Source: Podarcis cretensis
Lineage: Eukaryota
Reading direction: 5' to 3'
NCBI GenBank assembly: GCA_951804945.1
Contig: OX638149.1
Coordinates: forward strand, 85,746,001-85,810,000
DNA: 64,000 bases
Below the pieces are notes generated by a model. That model saw only the letters and a list, made by a program, of their open reading frames with translations. It was not told the origin of the DNA and did not search any database. Of this stretch, positions 36,301 to 45,300 are shown one piece after another (position 1 is the first letter of the stretch; every line of letters starts with the position of its first letter). Both the position numbers and the translations under genes were made by a program.

Positions 36301-36678
36301 CGGAGCCACCGCTCAGAAGGCCCTGCCTGAGTAAGTGCCAACTGGGCACCAACCAATTATGGCAGCACCACTCCCAAGCCGATTGTAAGGTCCAAGGCGA
36401 TTGATACCGTCTCCTGCCCTGAGCAAAATAATGGCGGCTGCCTTGAGAGCTGTCTCCTTTGTATTCTAGGGGGCCCTCATGCTAATCCCTTGCCTTTCCT
36501 CCTCCAGAGCGATCCGGAGTTGGTGCAATGGAAGAAGGAGCTGCGCGAAGCCTACCAGGAAGCCCAGCAGCTGCTGCAGAGGGTGCCCAAAATGAAACAC
36601 AAGCCGCGCTCTCCGGTGGTGGAGCTCAGCAAGGTCCCTCTGCTCCAGCGCAGCAGCAGCAGCACCAACGGCCTCTGA
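491..36678 (+). CDS. GRK2: G protein-coupled receptor kinase 2 (beta-adrenergic receptor kinase 1), complete gene, 21 coding exons, 2076 nt, 691 aa
   Basis: Exons assembled by hand with GT-AG boundaries and continuous frame. N-terminus [22 protein letters not shown] domain (R106, D110), kinase motifs [11 protein letters not shown]220, YRDLKPAN, DLG, APE, then a PH domain and the GRK2-type tail PRS670PVVELSK. Synteny with ANKRD13D-SSH3 favours GRK2 over GRK3. Confidence 0.98.
3618..3745. mobile_element. Short hAT-like MITE (GGGAGTTGTAGTCC family; many other copies, e.g. about 5140, 6450, 7820, 9870, 12690, 14760, 26980)
   Basis: CAGTGG...CCCTG termini, internal imperfect palindrome, degenerate 8-bp flanks ttctagag/ttgtaaag. 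Confidence 0.65.
4630..4987 (-). mobile_element. Full-length Sauria SINE with 13-bp target site duplication
   Basis: Minus strand begins GGGACGCAGGTGGCGCT, has a B-box-like GGTTCGAATCC and ends in an (ACCTTT)n tail; perfect TSD ACATTGCGCCATA at 4617-4629 and 4988-5000. Confidence 0.93.
7963..8098. mobile_element. Palindromic hAT-like MITE
   Basis: CAGTGTTTCTCAAATTTGGGACCTCAGC pairs with GCTGAGGACCCAAGTTTGAGAAACACT; inner TTGGACTACA/TGTAGTCCAA arms. Confidence 0.8.
9033..9086. repeat. Compound microsatellite (TC)n(TG)n
   Basis: Read directly. Confidence 0.95.
10077..10153 (+). CDS. GRK2: GRK2 exon 2
   Basis: [25 protein letters not shown]; cag / gtgagt. Confidence 0.95.
11843..12142. mobile_element. 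hAT-like non-autonomous element
   Basis: Termini CACTGGTTCCCA / TGGGAACCACTG; internal repeated CGGACCCC subterminal motifs. Confidence 0.65.
14062..14135 (+). CDS. GRK2: GRK2 exon 3
   Basis: [25 protein letters not shown]; tag / gtgagg. Confidence 0.95.
15159..15260 (+). CDS. GRK2: GRK2 exon 4
   Basis: [34 protein letters not shown]; tag / gtgagt. Confidence 0.95.
17228..17479. mobile_element. Tc1/mariner (Tigger/pogo-like) MITE
   Basis: 23-bp TIR CAGTGGTACCTTGGTTTA(C/A)GAAC with one mismatch; TA dinucleotide on both sides. Confidence 0.88.
17749..17823 (+). CDS. GRK2: GRK2 exon 5
   Basis: [25 protein letters not shown]; cag / gtaaat. Confidence 0.95.
18197..18258 (+). CDS. GRK2: GRK2 exon 6
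   Basis: [20 protein letters not shown]; cag / gtgagt. Confidence 0.95.
18820..18871 (+). CDS. GRK2: GRK2 exon 7
   Basis: [17 protein letters not shown]; cag / gtgagt. Confidence 0.95.
19545..19636 (+). CDS. GRK2: GRK2 exon 8 (kinase P-loop)
   Basis: [30 protein letters not shown]; cag / gtaacg. Confidence 0.95.
20348..20696. mobile_element. Nested MITEs: outer element with a 14-bp perfect TIR, inner fold-back element at 20421-20633
   Basis: GGGCTAGATCCAGA / TCTGGATCTAGCCC; inner GGGCTCATCCAGACTT / AAGTGTGGACAAGCCC plus internal inverted arms of about 38 bp. Confidence 0.75.
21176..21275 (+). CDS. GRK2: GRK2 exon 9 (catalytic K220)
   Basis: [33 protein letters not shown]; cag / gtgagt. 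Confidence 0.95.
22207..22285 (+). CDS. GRK2: GRK2 exon 10
   Basis: [26 protein letters not shown]; cag / gtgaga. Confidence 0.95.
22455..22585 (+). CDS. GRK2: GRK2 exon 11
   Basis: [43 protein letters not shown]; cag / gtgagc. Confidence 0.95.
23653..23747 (+). CDS. GRK2: GRK2 exon 12
   Basis: [31 protein letters not shown]; cag / gtgagt. Confidence 0.95.
24583..24690 (+). CDS. GRK2: GRK2 exon 13
   Basis: [35 protein letters not shown]; cag / gtaagt. Confidence 0.95.
24943..25009 (+). CDS. GRK2: GRK2 exon 14
   Basis: [22 protein letters not shown]; cag / gtaagg. Confidence 0.95.
26272..26594. mobile_element. hAT-like MITE with 8-bp TSD
   Basis: CAGTGGC...GCCACTG termini; flanks TGTGCTTG (26264-26271) and TGTGTTTG (26595-26602). 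Confidence 0.78.
26601..26668. repeat. Compound microsatellite (TG)15(AG)19
   Basis: Read directly. Confidence 0.95.
27330..27430 (+). CDS. GRK2: GRK2 exon 15
   Basis: [33 protein letters not shown]; cag / gtgagt. Confidence 0.95.
29558..29624 (+). CDS. GRK2: GRK2 exon 16
   Basis: [22 protein letters not shown]; cag / gtgagc. Confidence 0.95.
29686..30010 (-). mobile_element. CR1 LINE 3' fragment
   Basis: Minus strand encodes the CR1 ORF2 C-terminal motif [20 protein letters not shown] and ends with the CR1 3' end TTGGACTAGATGACC...CCCTTCCAACTCTATGATTC. Confidence 0.85.
30088..30183 (+). CDS. GRK2: GRK2 exon 17 (AGC C-tail)
   Basis: [32 protein letters not shown]; cag / gtatgt. Confidence 0.95.
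30273..30317. repeat. (AAT)15 microsatellite
   Basis: Read directly. Confidence 0.95.
31190..31390 (-). mobile_element. L2-clade LINE 3' fragment
   Basis: Minus-strand peptide [28 protein letters not shown] resembles the L2 ORF2 C-terminus; related decayed pieces near 34060-34450, 36200-36400 and 50630-50950. Confidence 0.7.
31870..32032 (+). CDS. GRK2: GRK2 exon 18
   Basis: [54 protein letters not shown]; cag / gtgaga. Confidence 0.95.
32343..32479 (+). CDS. GRK2: GRK2 exon 19 (PH domain)
   Basis: [45 protein letters not shown]; cag / gtaaga. Confidence 0.95.
32757..32870 (+). CDS. GRK2: GRK2 exon 20 (PH domain)
   Basis: [38 protein letters not shown]; CAGCAG tandem acceptor / gtgagt. 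Confidence 0.93.
32995..33207 (-). mobile_element. MIR/CORE-like SINE remnant, interrupted by a Sauria SINE
   Basis: CCCCATAGTGCAAATG...CTGAAGCTGAGAGAG...TGGCAGAGGCAAGATTACAACCTG resembles the antisense CORE consensus. Confidence 0.6.
33208..33566 (+). mobile_element. Sauria SINE (slightly 5'-truncated, older copy)
   Basis: GGCGCTGTGG...GGTTCGAATCC...GCCAACCTAGCAGTTCGAAAGC...CCTTTACCTTTACCTTT; homologous to 4630-4987. Confidence 0.9.
33826..34050. mobile_element. Tc1/mariner (Tigger-like) MITE related to 17228-17479
   Basis: (T)AGTGGTACC...GGTACCACTG termini flanked by TA. Confidence 0.82.
36508..36678 (+). CDS. GRK2: GRK2 exon 21 (last coding exon)
   Basis: [59 protein letters not shown] stop. 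Confidence 0.95.
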   Translation, partial: SDPELVQWKKELREAYQEAQQLLQRVPKMKHKPRSPVVELSKVPLLQRSSSSTNGL

Positions 36679-38634
36679 CCCTCCTTGACTTCCTCTCCCA
36701 TCCTTAATTTATTTGGCTGGGTTTGTCCACCATCCCCACCCTCTCTCCTGTCTCCTTTCGCTGATCATTGTGATGTCCACCCCAGCCCCCTGGGGTATTA
36801 TAGTGAGGGGGTGGGGCATCCAGAAGGTGTGGGACAGACTTCCCTCTCCCCATCCCCCAGCACAGGGGGACCAATACCCATTTGAGGGGAAGGAGCCTGG
36901 TTGGCAAGGTGGATGAGCATCTACCCCACCCCCCTGCCCCCCACGAAGGAAAGCTGGGATTAAAGCCCTGCCTCTAAATAGGACCAATGGAAGGAGATGC
37001 CCTGAGGTGTGCCACGCATCTTGTGTCCTCCCTGCTTCCTCCCCTGTGGCTGCCAGACATGCGCTAGCGCACTCACGAGAGAGCCTGCTGGCTTAGGCCT
37101 TGCTCCCCATGGAGTGGCTAGCAGGGCATGTCCTCTCAGGTGAGTGAGTCCCTTCACACCAGCTGAGGTGAAGAGACGCATCGGCACAACAACCCGTGTT
37201 CCCAGCCCCTTTTCTTTCCAGCGGCAGGCTCTGGCGTACGGTTCCACAGCAGGCCGCCTGCAGAAAGGGCACCCTGGTTCTGGCGTAGATGGGATAGCTC
37301 AAAAGAGTGTATTTCCCGCCACCTGTCACTCACTGAATATCGGCTAGGCAGCCACTGTGCCATAAGCAATCCCCTTCAGCATTGGCTGGGTTTGCACTCT
37401 AGAGTGTGATAAGGAATTGCCTTGAAACTCTTACACTGTAACGAAAATGTCTAACAAAAAAATGAAGGCTTGCTCCTGTTCTGTTCTCTTCCCTTCACCC
37501 CTGAGTTCACGTCCTGAATCCTTCCCTAACACCCTCTTCTGGTCCCACCAATTGCCATTCCAAATCCTGAATTCCTGACCTGGGGCAGCGGCTGCTGCTG
37601 CTGCTCTTGCTGCCGCCTCAGAGTTGTGGCCTGCCCTCTGCCTTTTGCCACCCTGCTCTCCCAGGCATTCTCTTATCAACTGTGCCAAATTTCAAGATTA
37701 TTGTTGTGCCCTTCCCAGTTGGCCCCGTGGAGTCTGCAAAAAGTTGTACTCCCTGGGGCTGAATCTGGACAAGCTCCTTGCGTTTGGCTTGCCCAGTCTC
37801 TGTACTATTGCCTCTGAATCTTCTCCTTGGAGTGGGATGAGAACTGCCTCTTGCTCTGCTGTCTCTACTGCCAAATGCCCATCTTGCTTTGCTGTGGAAA
37901 GAGGGGAGGGGCAGCAGGTTTCATGCCAAAAGAGATTTCTGAGCTGCCTGGCCCCTCTGCTCTCAGGGCCTCTCTGGGCTGAGCCTGGAGTAGGGGGGAG
38001 TGGGGGTGCGGTCACTGGAAGCTCGGCCTGGATGAGGCCCTGTGCCAAGTCCCAAGTGTCTGAAGGATTCTGTAAATATCTTTGTGCCAAGGGGGGGCCT
38101 GGCTGGGTGTGGAAAAACTTGGCCCATTCTGCCCCCTCCCTTCCAGTATCCCTCTGTATTAACAGCTCTCCCCACCCACCACCTCCCCTTCCCCTAGCAG
38201 TGTTATGGTTTCTCCCACAGGATGGGGAGAAATATCAGGTTGAATTGACCCTGTACCGCTCCTCCTCCTCCTCCTCCTCTTCCCTCCATCTGCGGTTTAA
38301 CAGAGGGGTTAAGGGTAGATGGCTTTCAGTTGGGGATCAGGTCTCTCATCCCCATAAGTGTCATGCCCCAAGCGCATGCGATTGCCTCTGCTGCATGCCC
38401 CCCCCCACTCCGCCTCATGTGATGAGTTTTTGCCTGTTCTGCTACATGGCTCCCACATTCCTCCCAAGGCGATTGGCCCTGGGAGGGGGAGGGGTAGAGC
38501 GGGAGCCCCCCCCCCCTTTCCCTGCAGTGTTTGTAAATATTGATCTCTGGTTTGTCTCTCTGGGTTATTATTATGGATTTTTTGCCGATTTTTGAATGTG
38601 ATTTTAATGAGTGGGATAAAAAGACTGTTTTTAT

Positions 38635-38640
38635 AATAAA
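38635..38640 (+). terminator. Probable GRK2 polyadenylation signal (AATAAA), giving a 3' UTR of about 2 kb
   Basis: AATAAA after a U-rich tract; interspersed repeats resume shortly downstream. Confidence 0.7.
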
Positions 38641-39005
38641 AAAAAATCCAAAACCCACAAAGCTTAGAAAAACGCAGGCTCTTCTGTGGCTCTCGGCACC
38701 AGAATGCGTAAAACGTGTCGCTGACGTAGATTGAGTTGGGTTGTTGGCTCAGGGTTGCCTACTCCAGCTTTTCCAAAGCTGGTATCCAATCCAGGTGTTT
38801 TAAGAATACAGCCTCCGTTAGCCCCAGTCAACAAGACCAATTGTCACAGATAGTGGGAGCTGTAGCTCACCAGGTTGGGGAAGGCTGGTCTATGGCAGAA
38901 TCCAGCCCCAAGACCATTTAGACTGGAGACTGAAGCTGGGACCATAGGCATGCAGATTGTGTGTTTTCCATGGTGATATGGGTGCTCCGTTTCCTTTCTC
39001 TGGAG

Positions 39006-39143
39006 CAAGGAGGAGAAATTTTTGGTCCTCCAGGTGTTGCTAAACTACATCTCCCATCAGCCCCAGTCAGCATGGCCATTAGTCAAGGCTGATGGGAACT
39101 GTAGTTTAGTAACATCTGGAGGAGCAAAGTTTCCTCACCCCTG
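39006..39143. mobile_element. Palindromic hAT-like MITE
   Basis: CTCCAGGTGTTGCTAAACTACA pairs with TGTAGTTTAGTAACATCTGGAG; same family as 3618-3745. Confidence 0.7.
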
Positions 39144-41399
39144 CTCTAAATTGAAGCATCCATTTAGGAATCTATGGTAGGAAGCACACAAATATGTCAA
39201 GAAATACTTGCATTATAATAGGTGACCAACCAACTCTCTCCTATGGGTCTCAAGCTCCAACGTAATATAGTGCATCACTAACAAACCAAATCCTTCTGCT
39301 GTCCCCATAGGATAAACAAAGTGGTGGGAGAACATTTCTGATATCCTCAATATTGTAATGCTTCACAAAAAAAAAAAAGGTTTCTAAGGGATACTCCAGC
39401 ATAAAATAGCTAAATTAGAATTTATCATCAAATTCAGTTCTGTTCAATTTGGACCTAATGGGGACTGTGGTTCTCCCCTGCAAACATGCTATGGAAGTGC
39501 TGAATTAGCATTGCATAGTAAATGATTCATGCCCCACTCTTCCCATAGAACCCATATGGGGGGTTTCATGAACTACAAAAACTCTCAAAAAGAAAAAAAA
39601 CACACCTTAAAAACACTAGCATCAATAAGCAGCAAAGAAAGATCAATAGGATTATAGTGACTTCTGCTGAGAGTACACCAGTCTGTGCTTATCTTGTATA
39701 CATTTGAGCTCTGCACAAAAACGTCACAGACCTGCTGCAACCCTTTGCATTTTATAGCCTCTTGGACCCACTGTTTACATTTCCCCCTCTACAGCTATGT
39801 GCATGTATATATTATCTGTCAACTGAGGATAACACTTCATGCATCTGATGTCGTGCGTGCTAGTTCATGAAAGCTTCTGCCACAACAAATCATTCTTGAA
39901 GGTGCCACAAGACTTGCTTGTTTCTGATACAAGAGTCTCAATGAACTTACCAAAACAAACTGAGCACAGCTGGGCTGGAGCTTAACACAACAGCTGGGAT
40001 ACTTTTCTCTCCATAAAAGACCTTCATGGCCCAGTGGAATTCCATTTCCCCATCCCTCTTAACAATATTTGATAATAATTTAATAGCATCTGTTTGAGGC
40101 AGAAGTGTAATGGGGAGCTTTTCACAATCTAAAGGAAGCCATGTTGGAGTAAGCTTCCCTGTTGAATTTTTGCCCATCACATAACTCTTAAAAGCCAATG
40201 GAACCCCTCTCTGTCAAAAATGGAGAGAAAGACAGGCTGGGGTATATGACTGGAGGTGGAGGGATTATGATTCACAGAGCACGTTTCTTGACTCTAGAGA
40301 AGGAATAGTAACCTTTCCAAAGGAAAGGTTGCATTGTTGTTTTAAAGGTGCCTCCTCTACACTTCCTGTGCTACATTTTTCCAGGCCTAGTCATGGAAGG
40401 CCTGTTTACTCCATGACAGGTGAAAACAACTTCAGGTTTAACTGGGTGCCAACTACTTTGTTACTTCAACCACTGAACAAGTCTGTAACAAGGCAACACT
40501 TCCTCAAGCAGGTAGAGAGCAGGTCCTGCATGTGAAAACCCGAGGGAGCCATTCCTGAAAGACTGTTAGTGCAATAATCATATCCATGTCTACTCTGAAT
40601 TAAGCGTCACTGAGCTGAATAAGATTTACTCCCAGGGGGTATATTGGATGACCAATACCTGTGACCTAATACCCACTAAACACAGAGGGACTCATTTCTG
40701 AATGCGCATGTCTAGGAATGTGTTTTTAGAAATGATTTCCCAGTCCTATATCCTTCTGGCTTGAAAGATGCATACACAAAACAACTTTAAATAAAAAGCA
40801 GTGGATAGTCCATATTTAGGACTGGTAGGATAGAATTTAATTTCTAGAATGAGTTGTGTGAGGTTCAAGAAGCTTGGCTGGAGTCCTGGTTGTTCCTACT
40901 CAGTAGAGAAAGGTGCACTCTGCATATGCTTAGGTGCACTAGTTTATTGAACCACATTTCACAGCAGAGCCCTGGCAAGGCAAACAGCGTAGGAGGCAGC
41001 TCCAGGTTTCAGCTCGCCACTAACCAGAAGCCTCCTGGTGCGATTCTTATTTCCCTGAATAATAAAAGATGCAAGGGGAAGAAGGCTCTCTAACTGAACA
41101 TGATCCTACATATATCTCTACTCAGAAGTAAACTCGGCAGAGCTTAATGGGCCCCAAACCAATGGATTCAAGTTGCAAGAAAGGAGATTTTGACTAAACA
41201 CGAGGAAGAACTTGCGGACAGTAAAAGGTGTTCGGACTCCAGGTGAGGTGGTAGACTCGCCTTCCTCGGGAGGTTTTTAAGCAGAGCTTGGATGGCCACC
41301 AGTCACGTATGATCTTGCTGAGATTCCTGCACTGCAGGGGGCTGGACTAGATGACCCTTGGGATCCCTTCCAGTTCCTCTCGGGTGAATGGATATCTGA

Positions 41400-42300
41400 C
41401 TGCAGCCTCAGCCTTCCCGTCCGCCCCCAGCAAGCAAGCGGACCCAATCGCCCACCCTTCTGGGGACTGAGGACCCCGAGGAGGCCGTGGCTCCTGCTGC
41501 CGGGGGCTGCAATTTCGCCTCCGCCCGCTTCCCCTGGCGGCTGACGAGGGAGGCAGGCTGCCCAAGGCGGCCGGCTCCGCTCCCTCCCGCTGCCGGTGGT
41601 GACGCAAGGGGTGTTGCCTGTCCTCGACGCCCAGAGCGTGGCCCTCTCGCGTGGGCTGGAGCTGGGAGCGAGCGAGGCCGGAAAAGTGCCTGGGCCAGCT
41701 TTCCGCGCCCCTGCCGCCGCTGTCTCCTCCCTGCGCCCCGCAGGCCCGCCCCTTCTCCCCCAGCCCCGCCGCTCCCTGGCTCTGGGTCGGCCCCGGGAGC
41801 CGCAGCGAGCGAACCCCGGCCAGGCCGCGCGTGCGCCCCGCCGTCCCTCCCTCTCCGCCTGCCTGCCTGCCTCTCCTCCCTGGAGCGCAGCCGCCGCCAC
41901 CGTCGCAGCGGGGCCCAGCGCAAAACCGAGCAGGAGGGAAAGCGCCGCCGCCGCCGCCGCCACCCGGAAAGGCCTCGGGCAGAGAGGGATCGGAGCAGAG
42001 ACCCGGCCGGGCGCGGGGACATGGTGACGGGATGGCCCGCATCACAGACGCCTTCCCCCTGCACCTGCTCGTCTGGCACAACCGGCACCAGGCGCTGGAC
42101 AGCGAGCTGCGCAAGGGACAGGTACGGGGGAGCCCCTCAACACCCCCCCAATCTCCTAGGACTCCTTCCTTCCTTAACCCCGCATTCCAGGTCGCCCCTT
42201 CCAGCCGGAGTTGGAGATGTGGCAGCCAGGGAGGGGGATGTGATGTGGGATCCTTCCAAGATGGTCCCAGCCCTTCGCTCCCCCCCCCCACCCGTTGGTA
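41400..42300 (+). promoter_or_regulatory. CpG island promoter of ANKRD13D
   Basis: Very high GC/CpG; CCAAT box (gacccaatcg, about 41441-41450), CRE-like TGACGCAA (about 41600), GC box CCCGCCCC (about 41745), (GCC)n run before the start. Confidence 0.85.
42032..42121 (+). CDS. ANKRD13D: ANKRD13D exon 1
   Basis: [30 protein letters not shown]; donor gtacgg. Confidence 0.92.
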
Positions 42301-45300
42301 GCCCTGCTGCTGCTGCTGCTGCTGCTGCCACTGGGAGGGAGAATGAACAAGGGCCAGATACTGGCACTTAGTATATCTGACCGCTGCTAACCTAGGTTTG
42401 TTCCATCTGCATCTTATTAAACCTGCCACATCCAGTTAACTCCCCCCCCCTTCCCAGCCACGCCACACACACAAGCAGGAAAACTGCCCAAGGGGAATCT
42501 CTTGACCCCCCAGTTGTGATAGCATCATCACCTTTCCCCCACCTTTGTAATGCTCCTGGTCTCTTTGTAACTCTTTCCTTCTCACCCCGGCCGAACTGGT
42601 GGTTTCAGAATAGCTGTATAGATGTTTGATGATTCTTTTGGGCTGGGAATCCCCAACCTCATAATTCCTCATCAGACTTGGCAGTTGAAGCTTTGAAGCA
42701 AACAGCAATCCTCATTTGAGGCCATCTGTTTGGAATCCCAGAATCCACTGCTCCTTCGTCTTAGGCCCCCTCATAGTGATTTGGGGCACATGAGGGCAAG
42801 ACATGCGAGGGATCAGCACACTCAGTTGGATCTGAAAGGTGCCCCGTGATACTCAGTCCCATAACATCCTCTAGCAATCGAGGCCTAGTGTTGTTGTTGT
42901 TTTTTTTAAAAAAAACAACCTTCCTGTGGTGGCTTCATGTTTAGTGCACTGATAGCCACCATTTTGGAAAAGAGAAAAAGGGAGAAAGGCAAAATAATCC
43001 TTAAAGATTGATGTGCGTGTGCACAGCTGGTATGGGTCTCTTTTAAAAATTAAATTCAATTATCAGAGCCTCCAAGCAAGTGCCAGCTCTAGCACCCTGT
43101 TGCATTGGAGAGGGGAAATTCACAGGGTTTCCTTCCTGCCTGCCCCTATGGACCACAGCTGAGCACTGGACTAGGCTGAGCATCTATACTTTAAAAAACT
43201 CTTGGTTCTCCCACCTAGAGTTAGAACCAAGAGAACAGAGTCATTAGAATACCTGTATGGGAGAAGACTGACAGGAAGAGTTCTGCCTGGCAACTGATTT
43301 GGAACTGAGAGAAATGCAGACCAGGAAGCATGGCTTAAAAGAAGACTGGGCTGGAGATAACTGATGGTACCTGAGATCATGATGATTCCCATTTCTTGTT
43401 TTGGAAGGGGGAAACGGGGAATGAACTGACTTACAGATCTAGGGGGATGACTTTTGGGAGGATCTCAAAAAGAAAGGAATTTGGGGCAGAGGTTTGGTCA
43501 GCCGGATGTTTCTGGAATCTAATTACATAGGGCACTCCAGTGATGGCCTTGTTGTCAGTCCCTAACAGCTGATACTCAGATGTATGTTACCTTTGAAGAG
43601 GGAGGTTCTATTTAATTTGGTGGTTGAGGCTAGTAGCTGTTGACAAACCTGTCCTCTGTGAATTTATCAAATCCTTTTTGAAACTAACTTAAGCTAGTGG
43701 CTATCAACATACCTCACAGCAGTGAATTCCATGAGTTAATTACCCCTTGAGTGACAAAGTATCTGAATTTGCTTTTATCTTGTTTCTTAAAAATCATGGG
43801 CAGTCTGGGAAAGGTGGGAGAGGAACGATTCAGAGTATGGCATACAGTGGCATCGCAACAAAAGTTGGGTCAGGGCAGATATTTGGAAGGAAATGGTGTG
43901 GAGGGTTTGGGGCTCTGCCTTGTGTTCAATTTGGCTAGGTCACTTGTCTCTCAGTCTCACCAGTTCTCCTTCTGTAAAATGGATGTTGCAGTATCAAATG
44001 TGAGGTCAAAGAAGTGGTTTGGTGTGTAGAGCTCATGCTCCACCTTTGCATTGTACTCAGGTTGCAGTCTTGGAGAAAGTCAGGTGTCTCCATCTAGTCC
44101 AGCATTCTGTTTCCAGCAGTGGTCAGCCAAATGCATCTGAAAATTTTACAAGCAAGGCCTGAGGTCAACACTGTTCTGCTGTTGCTTGTATCCAGCAGCT
44201 GACATTCAGAGGCAAATTCTTTCTGAATATTGTGGTGCTTCCATCAAATTACGACTTTCAGAGTGGGTGTTGGGTGGATGGAGCTTTGAGTGGATGGAGC
44301 CTAGGCAAGGGAATGGCTTGGCAGGGTGGGCAGATTTGTAACATCCTGAATTTCTGAAGGTATCGGCTGCTGTTACATCTTTTTTGCAGATGGTTTAGGA
44401 TGCTCAGCCACCCTGCACATGACTTACCTTGGTGGTAGAAGAAATAACATTCTGACTATTTTCAAATATATTCTTGTGGTCAACTAGTCTGCAAGTAGAG
44501 TGAAAATAGGCCCAGCTTATGTAGGATATAAGAGACTCTGGGCTGTTCCAGGTAACACAGAAGGATTCTGGAGCTATGATAGAACCAGCCAGACCTCTCT
44601 GCAGCAAGCACTCTCATTGTTGGTGAATTGCTGGTAATCAGCTGTTAAAAAATGTGATTCTTAGCCCCAGTGCTTGAAGCGATTACACTACCCTCAGCAT
44701 AAGGAAGGTGCCCATGACATCTGCACAAAGCACTACAGCCCTGTCTCCTGATCCATTTTTATTATCCATCCCTCAAAAGCGTATTTACTTGTGGGTTTGT
44801 TTGTTTTTTGTTTCTTTTCTTTAATTCATAAGCCGTGTACTCTCCTTCTGTAGCACTTGAGTGCACTCTCCTTACAATTAAAAACAAAACAGGTTGTTTC
44901 ACAATATAGGTGGGCTAGTCCCTATTCTGTTCTATCATGTGGGGACAAAGGCCTTTGTGGTGAATGGCCCCTTCTAATTGCATCTTGGAACAAGGCAGCA
45001 TTTGCCATTGCAAAGAAGGTCCTTTCATCAGAAAGCCAAGACACAACATTAATTGATTTCCATACATACTTAGATTTCCCCCCACTTCTCAAGCAATCAA
45101 GAGTCTCCCAAAGCGGTTCAAAAACAGAGTCAAGCCCTGCCAGCAGCTTGCAAACTGAAAAGACGAGACACACAAGGAAAGGGAAGTGGAGTGGGAGAGA
45201 GATCAGTCCTTCCAGGCCACAACAAAGTGGGGAGCTATAAGAGAGGGCATTGATGCTCAGTGGAGGCCAGGGTAGGTAACCTTCCCTTGCTGATGTTCTC

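Noticed and set aside
36676-36690. Possible stop-codon readthrough of GRK2
   Set aside because: Context is TGA CCC, not the TGA CTAG readthrough motif, and no recognisable extension follows.
41277-42429. Long overlapping ORFs on both strands (216-360 aa) at the ANKRD13D 5' end
   Set aside because: Expected in a CpG island where stops are rare; Arg/Gly/Pro/Ala low complexity and mostly non-ATG starts. Only 42032-42121 and the 42021 ATG are supported.
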